From contig NC_092675.1 of NCBI RefSeq assembly GCF_964355755.1, positions 16,154,912 through 16,218,911 of the forward strand: DNA of 64,000 nucleotides. Reading direction: 5' to 3'. A program made the position numbers and the translations under genes. Source of the stretch: Antedon mediterranea. Lineage: Eukaryota; Animalia; Echinodermata. Position 1 is the first letter of the stretch; the number at the start of each line of letters is the position of its first letter. Shown here piece after piece: positions 15,201-27,600 of this stretch. Below the pieces are notes generated by a model. The model was not told where the DNA came from and did not search any database. It saw only the letters and a program-made list of their open reading frames with translations.

Positions 15201-15344
15201 GCCGACGATGCCTTACAAATAGAAGAAATTAAAGATCGTGCCTTATTTCATAAAAGCGAATTCGCTGTTGAGTGTGTAGATGGTGTGGCATATTCGAATA
15301 AAGTGGACGATTTTGAGGACGGCGAGAATGGCAGGTCCGAGTGA
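259..15344 (+). CDS. Patched-domain / sterol-sensing-domain multi-pass membrane protein (PTCHD3/patched-related/NPC1-like), 17 coding exons
   Basis: GT-AG exons traced in frame: 259-320, 593-836, 1387-1454, 1880-1999, 2389-2536, 2667-2764, 3044-3164, 3637-3760, 10976-11085, 11255-11569, 11719-11856, 12581-12901, 13322-13480, 13721-13846, 13938-14082, 14615-14736, 14850-15344. Motifs ILPFLLLGVGVDDMF (SSD GxxxDD), GVSITVTSVTD, SVGIAVDYAAHI, HGLVLLPVLLS; acidic C-terminal tail. Confidence 0.88.
2824..2958. mobile_element. Palindromic MITE, family A copy 1
   Basis: TAAAGTTCTGTCTAACGCTATCAAAC...GTTTGATAGTGTAGACAAATCTTA termini; same family at 15897, 18501 and 56358. Confidence 0.7.
4900..6027 (-). 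mobile_element. 5'-truncated L2-clade LINE (RT C-terminal half) in intron 8
   Basis: ORF 5044-6000 with GVPQGS, YADDTQLY, SRLDCNNSLL, LHWLPVDQRIRFK; 3' end AAGCGCTTTG...GCGCTTTATAAAT followed by (TTA)n, typical of L2 tails. Confidence 0.85.
6050..7790 (-). mobile_element. Degraded non-LTR retrotransposon RT (L2/CR1-like group)
   Basis: Frameshifted RT motifs on minus: KATGIDGI, FVDLKCAFDSI, VIQRGSLLS, LLFADDLVL. Confidence 0.7.
8290..10270 (-). mobile_element. Degraded L1/Tx1-clade LINE ORF2 fragment plus AT-rich 3' UTR
   Basis: ORFs 9779-10306 (GVRHGCPLSALLF, QLADDT) and 8781-9695 (GKVTVIKSLAISKL, FLWGGK, KGGINM), broken by frameshifts. Confidence 0.8.
11970..12320 (+). mobile_element. 5S rRNA-derived SINE (SINE3-like): degenerate 5S head, unique body, LINE-type stem-loop tail, (AAT)n
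   Basis: 11970-12085 resembles 5S rRNA (TACGGC..TACCACGTTGAAACACCGGTTCTC, A-box AGTTAAGCAACGT, C-box TGGATGGGAG) with deletions. 12242-12291 is nearly identical to 59301-59350. Ends AATAAA + A/AAT repeats. Confidence 0.8.
13068..13287 (+). repeat. 24-bp minisatellite, about 9 copies, in intron 12
   Basis: (AATGAGATAGATGCTGATGATATC)n with one substitution seen. Confidence 0.95.
14108..14296. mobile_element. MITE family B (GGCCAATTTACAC termini); further copies about 16785-16940, 21830-21985, 57113-57260
   Basis: CCAATTTACACAGACGAGCGG...CCGCTCGTCGTGTAAACTGGCC; shared internal ATATAGAATCTATG and ACAAGCTAC blocks among copies. Confidence 0.7.
14361..14515. mobile_element. Short palindromic MITE
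   Basis: TAAACCATGGTT..GGACGCAACGCAAG / CTTGCGTTGAGTCC..AACCAAGATTTA inverted ends. Confidence 0.5.
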
Positions 15345-15896
15345 TGATGTTAATGATGAGCACAATGACATATCTTGATAACAAACAGACGCTGTAGACG
15401 ATGCCATCCAATTTCTGACAGGTGCAAAACTTTTCTAAAACGAATATAGTATATTATAATATACAGTATAGTTGATTACATAGTTTATTAATATTTAGAC
15501 GCTTATCAATGCAAACACCAAACAAGTACTCGATTCGATTTATGTTTATAATTTATTAAAACCTTCTTGGTATCATATACTACATACCAGTAAACTGTAA
15601 ACGTGTATAAATATTACGTCAAAATGTACCCTTCGTACAATACCATTTTGATGTACAATAATAAGAATTCAAAACAAATCTAAAAAAAGAACTATTACTT
15701 CTATCAATCAGATTAAGTCAACGTAATAATGGTCTACGTCTACTACATAGGATAGAATCACAATACAGTACATATAATTACTTTTGCACAATACACTCGA
15801 CAAAAACACTGTTTACTTATGATCCAACTCTTTCCCGATACCGTACTAAACGCGTTTTACATAAACACGACGAAAACTTTGTTTTATGATGTATTA

Positions 15897-16019
15897 TAAA
15901 GCTCTCTCTACACTATCAAACTTTATGTGACAAGCCTATATATGACGTCATGTTATTACCATATTTGGCCACATCTCACTTTTTTGTCAAACTAATTTGA
16001 TAGTTTAGACAGAGCTTTA
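15897..16019. mobile_element. Palindromic MITE, family A copy 2
   Basis: TAAAGCTCTCTCTACACTATCAAAC...TTTGATAGTTTAGACAGAGCTTTA. Confidence 0.75.
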
Positions 16020-18500
16020 GTTTAGTTAGTTAAATACCACAACTACTTTCACATAAGTAAAACGCCACGTACTCAAGGTCACAAAAAAATAGTAAACATT
16101 TAATTGAAATCAAAGTAAGATTACTTTTATATTCAATTCATTAACTTCATCCTCGCTGCCTATTACGAATTAGGAATGATTTGATTTAGAATATTGCACA
16201 TTATCAAAATGATTAGTTATGTTATTACAGTACGATATATTATCTAAATAGGTAGTGTACTAGTATAAGTAGTAGTAGTCAAGATTTAGAAAACTGTTTT
16301 TTTTAGGTTTTTTGCTAAGCAAGTTCGATAGTTCAGACCACAAATTATCCGCAATGTTCATATACAGGGGCGGATTGTAATAAAGGTCTTAAGCCTGGTC
16401 TTATCCTTAAGCCAAAAATGAATCTCTTGGCGAGAGTGGTCTTATAATTAAGACCATTGCAATATGAAATCTAATCCCAAGACTATCAGCACCATTAGTC
16501 TTCAAAGATTCTAAGCCTCCTCTAGGTCTGTAACTGTAGTAATAGTTTATCTCTTTCTATATGCAAACTTAATTTCTTATAAACCTCATAATATATATTA
16601 TGTTTATTGCAAACTATTTTCGAAATAAATATATATGTTTCAAGGTTTGTCTCTCTTATTCAAGCACAGCCTAAGATCTGACTTACATTTATGGAATCAT
16701 ATTACAAAATTAATAATGTAATAGAAATCAATTTTATCCTACTTCGTTGACATTGGCCTATAAATGTACAGTAAAGCCAGGATAAAGGGCCAATTTACAC
16801 AGACGAACGTGGTTTCCTCACATACGATCTGTATCTATCCTGAGCGGAAACTGCCCGTCCGCTCTGCAGTGTATGTAAATGGTCATAAGGAATAACATAG
16901 ATTCTATATTATTATTATTATCTGTGTACATTGGCCTTAAGGGGACAACTTTGGTCTGAATAGAGGTAAGGGTTGGCCAAACATAAATAACCCCTCGTTA
17001 GTTGTTTGGAGGAAGATGTCGCCTTAATAGGGGTGTGCCCTAAATATGGATTCCTGAAGGAGGGGTTTTACTTCAACAATATATAATTTCATAACATTCG
17101 ATTCGTTTATGTAATAATAAACCATCCTGTATTACTGGCAAGTTGCTCACTGTATGAAATAAAAATTAAAAATAATCATAATTATCTTTAAAATTATTTC
17201 TTCTGATAATGAAATAATGTGAGACAGATAACTTCATCTTAAGTACATAACCGTATATGGAATAATAACAGAGTAAACTTCATCATGAGTTGAATAACAA
17301 ACGTGATTGGAATATCTACACTATACTAATTCTGCAATATAATTCTTAATTTAAATCATGTAGCACTGTAATTGGTATCTGCATTATACAATTGTGTAAT
17401 ACATTTCATATACATTACATCTACAGTATTATATTATATACAGTACAGTACTTAAACGTAGTGAATCAAAAACAATGCAAACAAATTGCACTAAATGAGA
17501 TACCGTACAGTATACTGTATTTATCTAAATGAATATTTAAAATGTAAATAACGTAGTAGTATCAATTTTAAAGAATTCAAAATTACTTCATGAATCCGTT
17601 TTTTTAATCATGAGATAAGACATAAGTATTGTTGAATTCATGTGTTTTTAAAACAATTGATAAACTTAGCTAGCACCAGTTAAAGAAAAAGCGATTTTAC
17701 CACCAAAAAAAAAAATAAAACCAGCACTGTAGAAAATGATAGAATAGGGAGTTTTTCGATTTGTGGCAACCTAGGAACTAGCTAATCTTTGGCAGTAAAC
17801 ATTAATGTTAAACTTTATGTAATCATTCTGTGATTTAAATGCAAATACTGTAATCTTAAAAGTAACTTAACATGGCAAATTGTAATTCAATAATAAAAAA
17901 AATGTCTTATTTTAAATATATTATTATTTGAATGAATCTAAAGGAGGGATTTATTTAATAATTTCAAACTTAATATAATTATTACTGATTTCAAATTTTA
18001 ACTTCTAAAACTGTGCATTTATGCATAAAATGCAAGTAATTATTATTTAACATTCTCTAAACACGATAGCTTATTTCACCAATATTTGGTGTTATTCTAC
18101 AAGACTGTGTTGACGTACATCATATTGTTAATATGTCACAGTAAAAACAGTCCTGACTTTATAAAGTTTGGGTTCGAATCATGATTTCCTAAGCTTATAA
18201 TTATGTCTTTGTGAGCTGGCAAGGAATACATTCCTACATATTCATTATTATTAATTTAAAAAAATCTCCGTATTCATTTAACACTTTAAAAATATTATAG
18301 TTTATATATTATTTGTTTATATGCTTCTTAACAAAGTAAAAATGTACAAATAATTTAAACACTTCTATACTGTTTTTCAACAAAATTATGGCACTTACTG
18401 TCTTTTCTCACATACAACTAGAGTATGTGAGAAAACCAATGATGTACCAATACCCAGAGGCTGAGCTCAAATGTCTTCAAATATCATCAGTTGAATTTCC

Positions 18501-18659
18501 AAAGCCCTGTCTACACTAGCAAACCTTTTGTGACAAAAAATGTGCTCATATATGGACATGATGATGTCATCTCACTACCATTTTTCGACATATCACCACC
18601 ATTTGTGGGCACATCACACTTTTTTTGTCAAACTAGTTGATAGTGAAGACAGAGCTTTA
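18501..18659. mobile_element. Palindromic MITE, family A copy 3, abutting the LMBRD2 stop codon
   Basis: AAAGCCCTGTCTACACTAGCAAAC...GTTGATAGTGAAGACAGAGCTTTA; the terminal TTA (18657-18659) is the LMBRD2 TAA stop. Confidence 0.75.
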
Positions 18660-21600
18660 GATATCATCAAATATTCCACGTGGTTTGCTTTTATGACTGT
18701 AACGACCAACACCATTTGATCGTTCATTTTTACCGCCTCCCGATGAGTACCCACTAAGCTCGTCTGTGAATTCGGCAACTGTGTCCTCATTGAAGTCAAT
18801 CGGTTCGTCCTGTCGTAAAAGTTCCACATGGTCGTCACATTTTGGCATTCTTGAATATTTTGCTGAATTCAATAAATTTAAAATTATTAACAGGTAATCT
18901 CATGATATAAAGTATCTTTCACATCTGCATCGGCATGGTACCGGTGCAAGAATCGAACATCAATGCACATCGATTGGTGCGTCATTAAAACTAAAACATT
19001 GATGTTCAATTTGATTTTCAGCGAGACTGTTGGAACAGGTGTGAAAGACCAGTTTAGAAAGCCCTTATTTAAATATTTATTCTTCAATGTTTAGGGCTGA
19101 ACTATATTTTACTTTATTTATGTTTACAATGTTTATAACTTATTTTTGGGTAAAAAAGAAAGAAAGAAATGTATATAAAAAGCAAATGGTTACAGTGCCT
19201 GATTAAAGACCCCTTCCCTGCAATTTTGGACGTTTTTTGGAAAATAATACATATATATCACTTTAAAAACATTAAACCATGTCATTCCTTGTCTTAAATG
19301 TACGTTTTATGGTAAATTATGATAAAAAGTGAGAAACAATGCACTACCTAAGTAGCTCGCGGCGATCGACCTCTCGTGGACGGTCTTAGGCCTAGCCTAG
19401 CTAGGCTTAGTTTTGTAGGCCTAGCTGGTAAACATCGGTAACGTACGAACATCGTACGCTAGCTATATACCTAGCCCGACGTTGTATAGTTGCTGCATTA
19501 ATTGTCTTTCTATTTTTGACAGACTCCGTTGATACAAATTGGGGAAAACCCGGTATTTTCGCTGAAAAGTTAGGAGTCTTCCATTTGTTTTGGCCTCACG
19601 ATCGATCGAAAAGTGGGCGAATTACAGGTGAAAAACAAAAATATCAATCCGCGCGCAATGCATTTTGGGATTTATAGCGGGCCGCTATAATTATTAGAAT
19701 CGACTTATTTTTCACATTTTTAACCGTTTAAAGACGAAAAAAGTTATCGCAATAGGACCATATAGTATATTTTTACATTAAATATAGTTTGTGATCTTAA
19801 ATTAGATCTAAAAAACGTAGGGAAGAGGGCTTTAAACATTGAAGTTTCTTAATAGTTGGCCCTTCCAAGGTGAAACTAGACCCTACAGTACCTACCACTT
19901 TGAATTTTGTTAATTATTAATAAGTAATAAGGATAAAAACGTTACCTTTATTTGAAAATGAGCCGACACTGCCCCTACTTGTATCACTGTCACTGCCTGG
20001 GGCTCTAGGTCTACGTGTGTAATTATCTGCTTTTTGTTGATATTTTTCTTGGAAATTTTTTCGCCTCAGCTCACCATCTAATGATCTTCTCTGTTTACGT
20101 CGTTCTATAAAATCAACAACATAACAATATAAAAAATAACTGGAACTGGAAAAACTTTTCTCCAGCAGCACTGCAAACAGTTGAAAAAAAAACCAACTAA
20201 ATAAAGTCTAAAATAAAGATTAATTTTATACCTCTTTTGATTAACTCTCGACCCTCAGAAACGTAATCAGTCGTCATATCTCCTTCACCCACAAATTGCT
20301 GAAAGCCGAGACAAGATAAACAGCGCCCTCCTAAGTTGAAAAATGTAGCAATACACAAAAGCAGTATTGTGATTGGGTAGTAAATGTAAAAGCCATTCTC
20401 AAGAAGAGGTAGTACATCGAGATGTCGGCCCATTATCTGTAAAAACAAGTTAATCGGTAATTACTGTAGTTATTCAGTTTTTTTAGTTAAATCAGATATA
20501 TGAAAACAGTACATTTAATACTTACACAAGTGGACATCACGTTATACAGTTCTTAAGTTTGGTGTACCAGCTTGTATTATACAGAAAGGGTAGGGGGGGG
20601 GGGGGGGTTCTATCTACAAAAGGGATTTTTTTCCCACAAAAAGAGCACAAATTGTCAAAAGCTAGGTTAAACATATCATCACTTCACAACACCCCTGCCC
20701 CCTAACCCTACCCCCAGGGGTACAAGCTTAATGTATGTGGATTATAATATAGATAAAAGGAAAAAACTCACTGATGTGTAAGATGTTTCTATCATGTTAT
20801 TTTCTCCTGTTACATGCCCATCAAGATGAATAAGGCCAAGGAAGTTGAGACATAATGGAGGAGTCAAGCGACACAACATCCTAAATAATAGATTAATATT
20901 TGAAAAGTTTTACCATGCTTTTAACAAAGCTAATGATGAAAAATTCATATCTTATATACAAAAGAAAATGAAAAAACTTTGGGGGTTTTTATTTAATTTT
21001 ACAGTACTTATTTGATTTTTTGGAAATGTAATTTTCTAAACCTAAATTATGTTTATTTTAGGTGATTCAGTATCTATTGCATAGTTGTGATTATTGCCAA
21101 AGGGGAACTGGATTTGGTACTAACATCATAAATAATGGATTAATATTTGAATAGTTTTATATCTTTTACCAAAGCTAGTGATGTGAGCAATCAATATCCT
21201 ACACGAAAGAGAATAAAAAAGCTTTAGAAGGCTTTTAATTTATTTTAAAGTACTTATTTATATGTTTTTTTTTAATTCATTTTCTAAATCCAAATTATGT
21301 TTTTTTTTAAATAGTTTTATCATACTTTTACCAAAGCTAATGATGTGAACAATCAATACCATATATATACAAAAGAGAATAAAAAAGATTTTTAATTAAT
21401 TTTACAGTACTTATTTGTTTGATTTTTTGCAAATGTAATTTTCTAAACCCAAATTATGTTTATTTTAAATGATTCAGTATCTATTGCATATTAGATTATT
21501 ACCAAAAGGTGGACTGGATTACGTGCTTTCCTATTTAAATTGTGGTGTACTAAATTTACATACAGGGAAAATTAAAGAGGCCATATTAACACAGGAACTG

Positions 21601-24600
21601 AATTCACTACATACATTCCACAAAAGAGGAGGCTATTTTCATCTGTCTGATGGTGAGGAGCTAGGTAGTAGAAATTGAAGATTCTTATCTTGAAAACAGT
21701 GTAGTAGGAACAGACACATAAATATGTGATGATAATGCAACAAGCCAGCTGTTAAAAAATGGAAAAAAATTATTGAGAAATACATTGTGTGTGTGGACAA
21801 GGCTCAAGAACATATTACACAGACTAATAGTAACGGTAATAAAAATATAGCATCTACAGGATGTTATTCCTTATGACCATTTACACACATAGGCGGTTTA
21901 CTCTCAGGATACAGTAGATACAGATTCTATGTGGGACAAGCTACACATTTTTTCCGCTTACCGTTACAGTTCATCTGTGTAAATTTTTTCTGTACTAAGA
22001 GCATAAATGAGTTTGGTGGGAAAATGAGCTAATAAATAAATCACATTATAAAGCTTGATTGTGACTTTAAATGAATTCATAATTCTATACAGAGAGCGTT
22101 TAGAAATTAAATGTAGGTAGCTTCATGTTTCAGGAGCTCCAATTGTGACAGAAAAATGTGAAATTTTACCTCAATATAAATATAGTGATAATTCTGTTTT
22201 GCGATGTTGATAAAAACAGCAAACAAAGACAACACTGGGTCTTTACTGAAAAATGTCACTTCTGACCAAATGACCATGAAGGAGAAAATGACCAAGACAA
22301 CGGCTAAAACCTTGAGACAAACAGGTTCAACCACTATTTTCCAGTACCATTCGACTTTTGGTGTGCAGATGTGAGTAGCCCATCCTGTATATTGTGGCTG
22401 CAGTGAATGATGGAACTCTCTTTAAAAGAAAACACATTATTTTGAAAAAAAATAATTAAACTGACAAAAATAAAAAAATGTTCCAAAATATCGGGAGAAA
22501 ATTGCAATTTGTTGGAAGAGTGGGAGATGACTAAAAATATCGTTGGGAGGTCTGAATTGATGTCTTTACATCTCATCCAAAGGACGAGGCAAAGCGAGTA
22601 TAGTATCTTGCCTAAAGGAAGCAGGCAACATGTTAGTGATATCCCTTACCATTCCATCCTCTTTAATTTGTATAGAGTTTAGATTTAATTTAAATATGCA
22701 GGCACTAAGAAAACCTTAACCACCCAGTAATATACTGGAAAATAATTAATAATAATGAATGCAGCTTGTAATCAATGCAAAGTTGTGTCTTGACCTTACC
22801 AGGTACCCATTTGTACCCCTGGGTGGAGAGAGGAAAATTTAAGTAAAGTGTCTTGCCTACGGATACAGGCAATGCGGCGAGCATTGGATTTGAACACATG
22901 ACAACAAGATCAGTCCAAAACACTGCGCCACATGCCTTATTAATATATAAATGTTTAAAAAGGTGAACCTTGAGGCACATATTTCATTCTGTTGTATGTC
23001 TTCAAGTTTACAAGCTTTCTCCACCATCAAGTTCCACTGGGTTTCTGTCCTACGTTGGCTTAAAATTGCAGCAATGACTTTCTGGTGCAACTTCACAAGA
23101 TCTTTCTCTGATGGCATCTGGATTGCCCTTCTGTCATCATACTCTTGGAAGTCATCCAGGTGCTTGCTTAGAGAGTCTTGGAAGGCATCAGGACATTTCT
23201 CTATAATGGTGTTTACATGTTTACGTAGAGGATGGTTATAACGAATGACATCAGAGGCTTTTCTTATATCCTTCGAGAAAAAAACTATTAATCATTATTT
23301 TGAAATTCAAAAATATTGAATTGTTCTTTGTTTCCTATCAAGAATGTCATCATCTGACATAACTAACTTGTTATGTCCTAAAAACACTGAATTAAAAATA
23401 TTTATTAATAATATAAATGTTATTATTAAACCTTATTTCAACAGATTAAACATAGTTCATTGGTTCTCTTCCTGCAAAAAGCCAAGGAAACCCTAAATAG
23501 ATTACATTAATAGAGATAACCTGATCTTCTGTTAGATAGCCGTGACCTGCAAATTTGGCTCTATGGTGGATGAAATTGGTGTTGTTATATCGTATATTCC
23601 AGTGTTTGTTTTATGCTAATACCACAAATTATTATGTAATGATGGTTTAGGAATTTTATTTAAAAAGCATAGATATAAATTACGTTAATTATTACAAGAA
23701 AATAAACTCTAAAAACCCCAAAATTCAACTCAATATTTACCTCAAGAATATCTTCCAGTTCTTCATCAGCTTCAGATTTTTCTGTGCTAAGCTTCGCAAC
23801 TTGAAAATAAGTATGGTTCAGTAAGTAGCTTTTACTTGATTCTGCCCAGTATTTCCTAGGTACTTCAACCAAGCCATACCCTAACAGAAGAACCAGCAAC
23901 AATAATCCCCAAGTATTGCTTGCAGTTATTCCAATAACTTGTAATTGGGCTCTAAAAGAAACATAGAATAGAAAGAATATTTAGGTGATCATTTAGAATA
24001 AAATGATCACCTATTGTTATTGTATGAAATCTTTATTTTTTTTCTTTCTGTACACTTTTTGTGTAACAAATATCTCAAAAAGTTGAATAACAATGATCAC
24101 AAAAATTTCACAATGTCTTTCAAATACTTTAACTTAGCCATAATAAGCTTTTCAGCGTGATCACTGATCCGTGACGTCACGTATACGCCATTTTGTGAAA
24201 TCACATTATCAATCATATATCCATAATTCATTATCACATATTTATGAAATTCACTACACGTAAACTTCAGGTCAAGGGTAAAAATATTAGCAAATAAAAA
24301 CGCGTGCGCACGTACGGTCATGCGCGTGAAATCGCGCATTAAAAATTTAAAAAGCTCAAAATTACGTTTTAATCAATTTAGAGCATGAATTACTGTAGGC
24401 CATTTGCGTGTTTCAAAAAATTACTGCGCAAAAAAATTATTTTGCGCGCGCGATACTTACAAAGTGTAAAAATTGCAATTTTTTATACAAATCGCATTCT
24501 ACTCACCATCCTTAGTACATTCACCAAATTTGAGTCAGTTTCGACTTAAAATAACGGTATACGAGCAGGTTAAAAATATCAAAATGCGCAAATTAATTGC

Positions 24601-27600
24601 ATCAAAGTGATGAAAATGGTGAAAAATAAGGCCTTTTTAAAATGAATATAACTCTTCAGAATGGCAGGTGACCCCAATTTTTTAAAGTTATTCGGGAAGC
24701 CATTGGGTTGTAGATACATATTCATGTACACATTAGACGTACAAAATGGTATGACGTCATCAAATGGCCACTTCAATTTAAAAATTAGTAATTTTTATCT
24801 TTTTGTATGGGTTTTCACATTCAATAGAGCGCATCTCCGTTATTTTAGCTCGATTTTCGGAGAAGTTTTAGTATGTGCTTGCTCAATTAATTATCTTTCT
24901 CAGGAGTTGTCAATATTTTTTTTTTGATGACATCATCACGCGTAAAAACTTGAATAATGTAGGTCGTGTAATTTCAGCTACACCTTACATTTGAATATAT
25001 TATAGCTCTTCAGAATTAAAGGTGACCTTGAAGATTATAACTTATTTTGAAAGCTGATGAAATGTAGATATGAATTAATATAAAAATTAAGCCTATCGGA
25101 TGTTGTGATGTTATCATATGGCCAGTTGAAGTTAAAACGTTGTTTTTAAATTTCTTTAGTCGAAGTTATACAAATTTCAAAGAGCGCGCATTGCGCTTCT
25201 ACGTGTCAAATTCTCTTCCAATCCTTATATTTATTTGCTCAATTCATTATCTTTCGAAATTGTCATCTTCGAGTTTATTTTGATAATTCCATCATACCGA
25301 AAAATTTGAACATGATGTGGGTCCAGTAATTTCACCTATGCTACACTGTATATAGATACAGTATATACTGTACATAATAGGTACAACTCAGCACTATAAG
25401 TGTATATGCATCATGTCATAGGATGGCGTACATCAGCTTTTTACGATCGTATGTTAACGTACGTGCATGTTTAAAAAATGTTAATTTCATTAAAATGATA
25501 AAAATGATCACCTATAATTCGTCAAAGTGACGAATTAAATTCTAGTGTTATTTTTAGTATTGTTTCACATAGAACACCAAGATGCAGATGTCCCAACTTG
25601 AAAAAACTATATTTGAACTCGTCACTATAGACGAGTTAGGTTATCCGCATCGTATGCATGTCATACGTTAGAAAATAAATTGATTGGAATGATGAAAATA
25701 AGTGACCAAAGTTATTCACGCTTTTGCACATGATGACATAATAAAAATTTTAAACAAGGTAAATTATGAGAAAGATAATTGATTGACCTAGACAATATAA
25801 AAATATGGGGGAAAATGGAATATGGATAAGTGGAGCTTATTTAAGTGGCGCTCTATTAAATGTGATGAGATACGACGAAAGAGACAAAAATCCTATATTT
25901 TATATTCCGAGTGGCAATACGATGACGTCACAATGTCCAATTAGCCATATTGATGCATGATCCGATATCTACAACTCATCAACTTCCAGAATATGTAAAC
26001 AAAAATAAAGTTCACCATGTAGTTTAAAAACTATGACTGACTGTTTAAAAAAAGGCATACTTTAGACGAATTTTTTAGTTTTTTCATCAAAAACGTGCGC
26101 AAATTGTCCAATTCGAAGTGCTCGTATGACGTGATTTTAAGTCGAAATTGTTTAAAAGTTGGTAAAATTACTAGAAAAGGCTAGAAAAACATAATTAACG
26201 CTTTTAGCGCTACGTGCACAGCGCGTGCGAAAAAGCTCGTGGACATTTTTACATGCATAAAATGACATGAAACGCGTAGAAAGTTGATTAGAAATTGATT
26301 TTTCGCATTTTGAAATTTTAAACGCGCATACGCGCCTAACTTTCTTTAAGACATGCCATTTTTTTTCCACAGAAAGTTAGCGCATGATATAAATTACACT
26401 TTTGCCAAGTTTCAATTTAAATTGTTTTGTTGTTTTCGATCTATGTTAAATACGCGAAATTCATAAAATCGTGCGCAACTTACGCTGCGTGACTCTGAAG
26501 TCATATAACAAAGTTTCTTGCACATCTACAGCTACAGGTCAAAGTTATACAATCTTTATGTTGGCTAGAATTAGAGATACGCTGCGAACAAAATTTGTGG
26601 AAAGAAAGAAGAATATAGAAAAAAAAAACTAGACATGAAACTCATCACTTTGACGAGTTAGTTATCCGCACGACAAACGCCACGTGCACGTCATACGTTG
26701 GAATATTGCACACAGAAAACTATTATGGCATTATGACCTGAACTGAAGAATATGATATGTTGTTATTGCTGAATATTCTGTATTATATAACACCTAAATA
26801 AATTCCTGTCATTTGATTGGACGAATGTGGGTCACATGGCGTGCAATAGTACGCACTATTCAACGATTGTTAAATAGTACTTTTTGAAACATTTTTGTGT
26901 ACGAAAAAAAAAACGTCTCGCGGATGAAAAAAAATCTAGTACACAAATTATCCTATGATATGGCTATGTACTGTGAAATACAACAGCGCCACCTGTCGTC
27001 TGGTCTGAGTTTCATTTGTAAACACCACCGCGAGATATGCAACAGCAGCAGATATTTGTGTACGATTTGGACATTATGTACTAATTTCATTCAAAAAGGC
27101 ATTTAAATTAGCTTTAGATCGTTTTTAGGATTTTGATTAATTAATGGGGACATCCCTACAGGACGTGGAATTGTTGGAAAAACCATAATTAGCTTAGATA
27201 AGTTCCAATTGTCTGTCGAAGTTTTGCCTTTCAGCCAAGCTAGTACTAGGCTACTAGGTCTAGCCTAGGCCATGCTAGTATTAGGCTTAGCCTAGGCGTT
27301 TTAGCCTTGCTAGGCCTAGGATTGTTTGGTCGTTTGTTGACATAATTAACACAAAAGTAGGTGTGTTTACGAAATCCATATAAATATAACATTTAATATA
27401 AAATTATTTAAAACGAAATGTTACTGTTTTTAATCAATGTGTGTGAATGAAATGTAGTAAACTTTGGCTAGGGCTACCTTTTATTTGATTCAAATAACTA
27501 GAATTTATTTAGATGTTATATAAAACAAATAATGAATGTTTTGTATTCGTGTAATGGTACAAATAATGGCACTTGGTGAATGATGAAAGGTTATATTTCA

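Noticed and set aside
259-15344. Calling the gene PTCH1/PTCH2 or NPC1 and extending the human 1p34 synteny argument to it
   Set aside because: It lacks an NPC1 N-terminal domain and recognisable Patched-specific loops; only family-level assignment is supportable.
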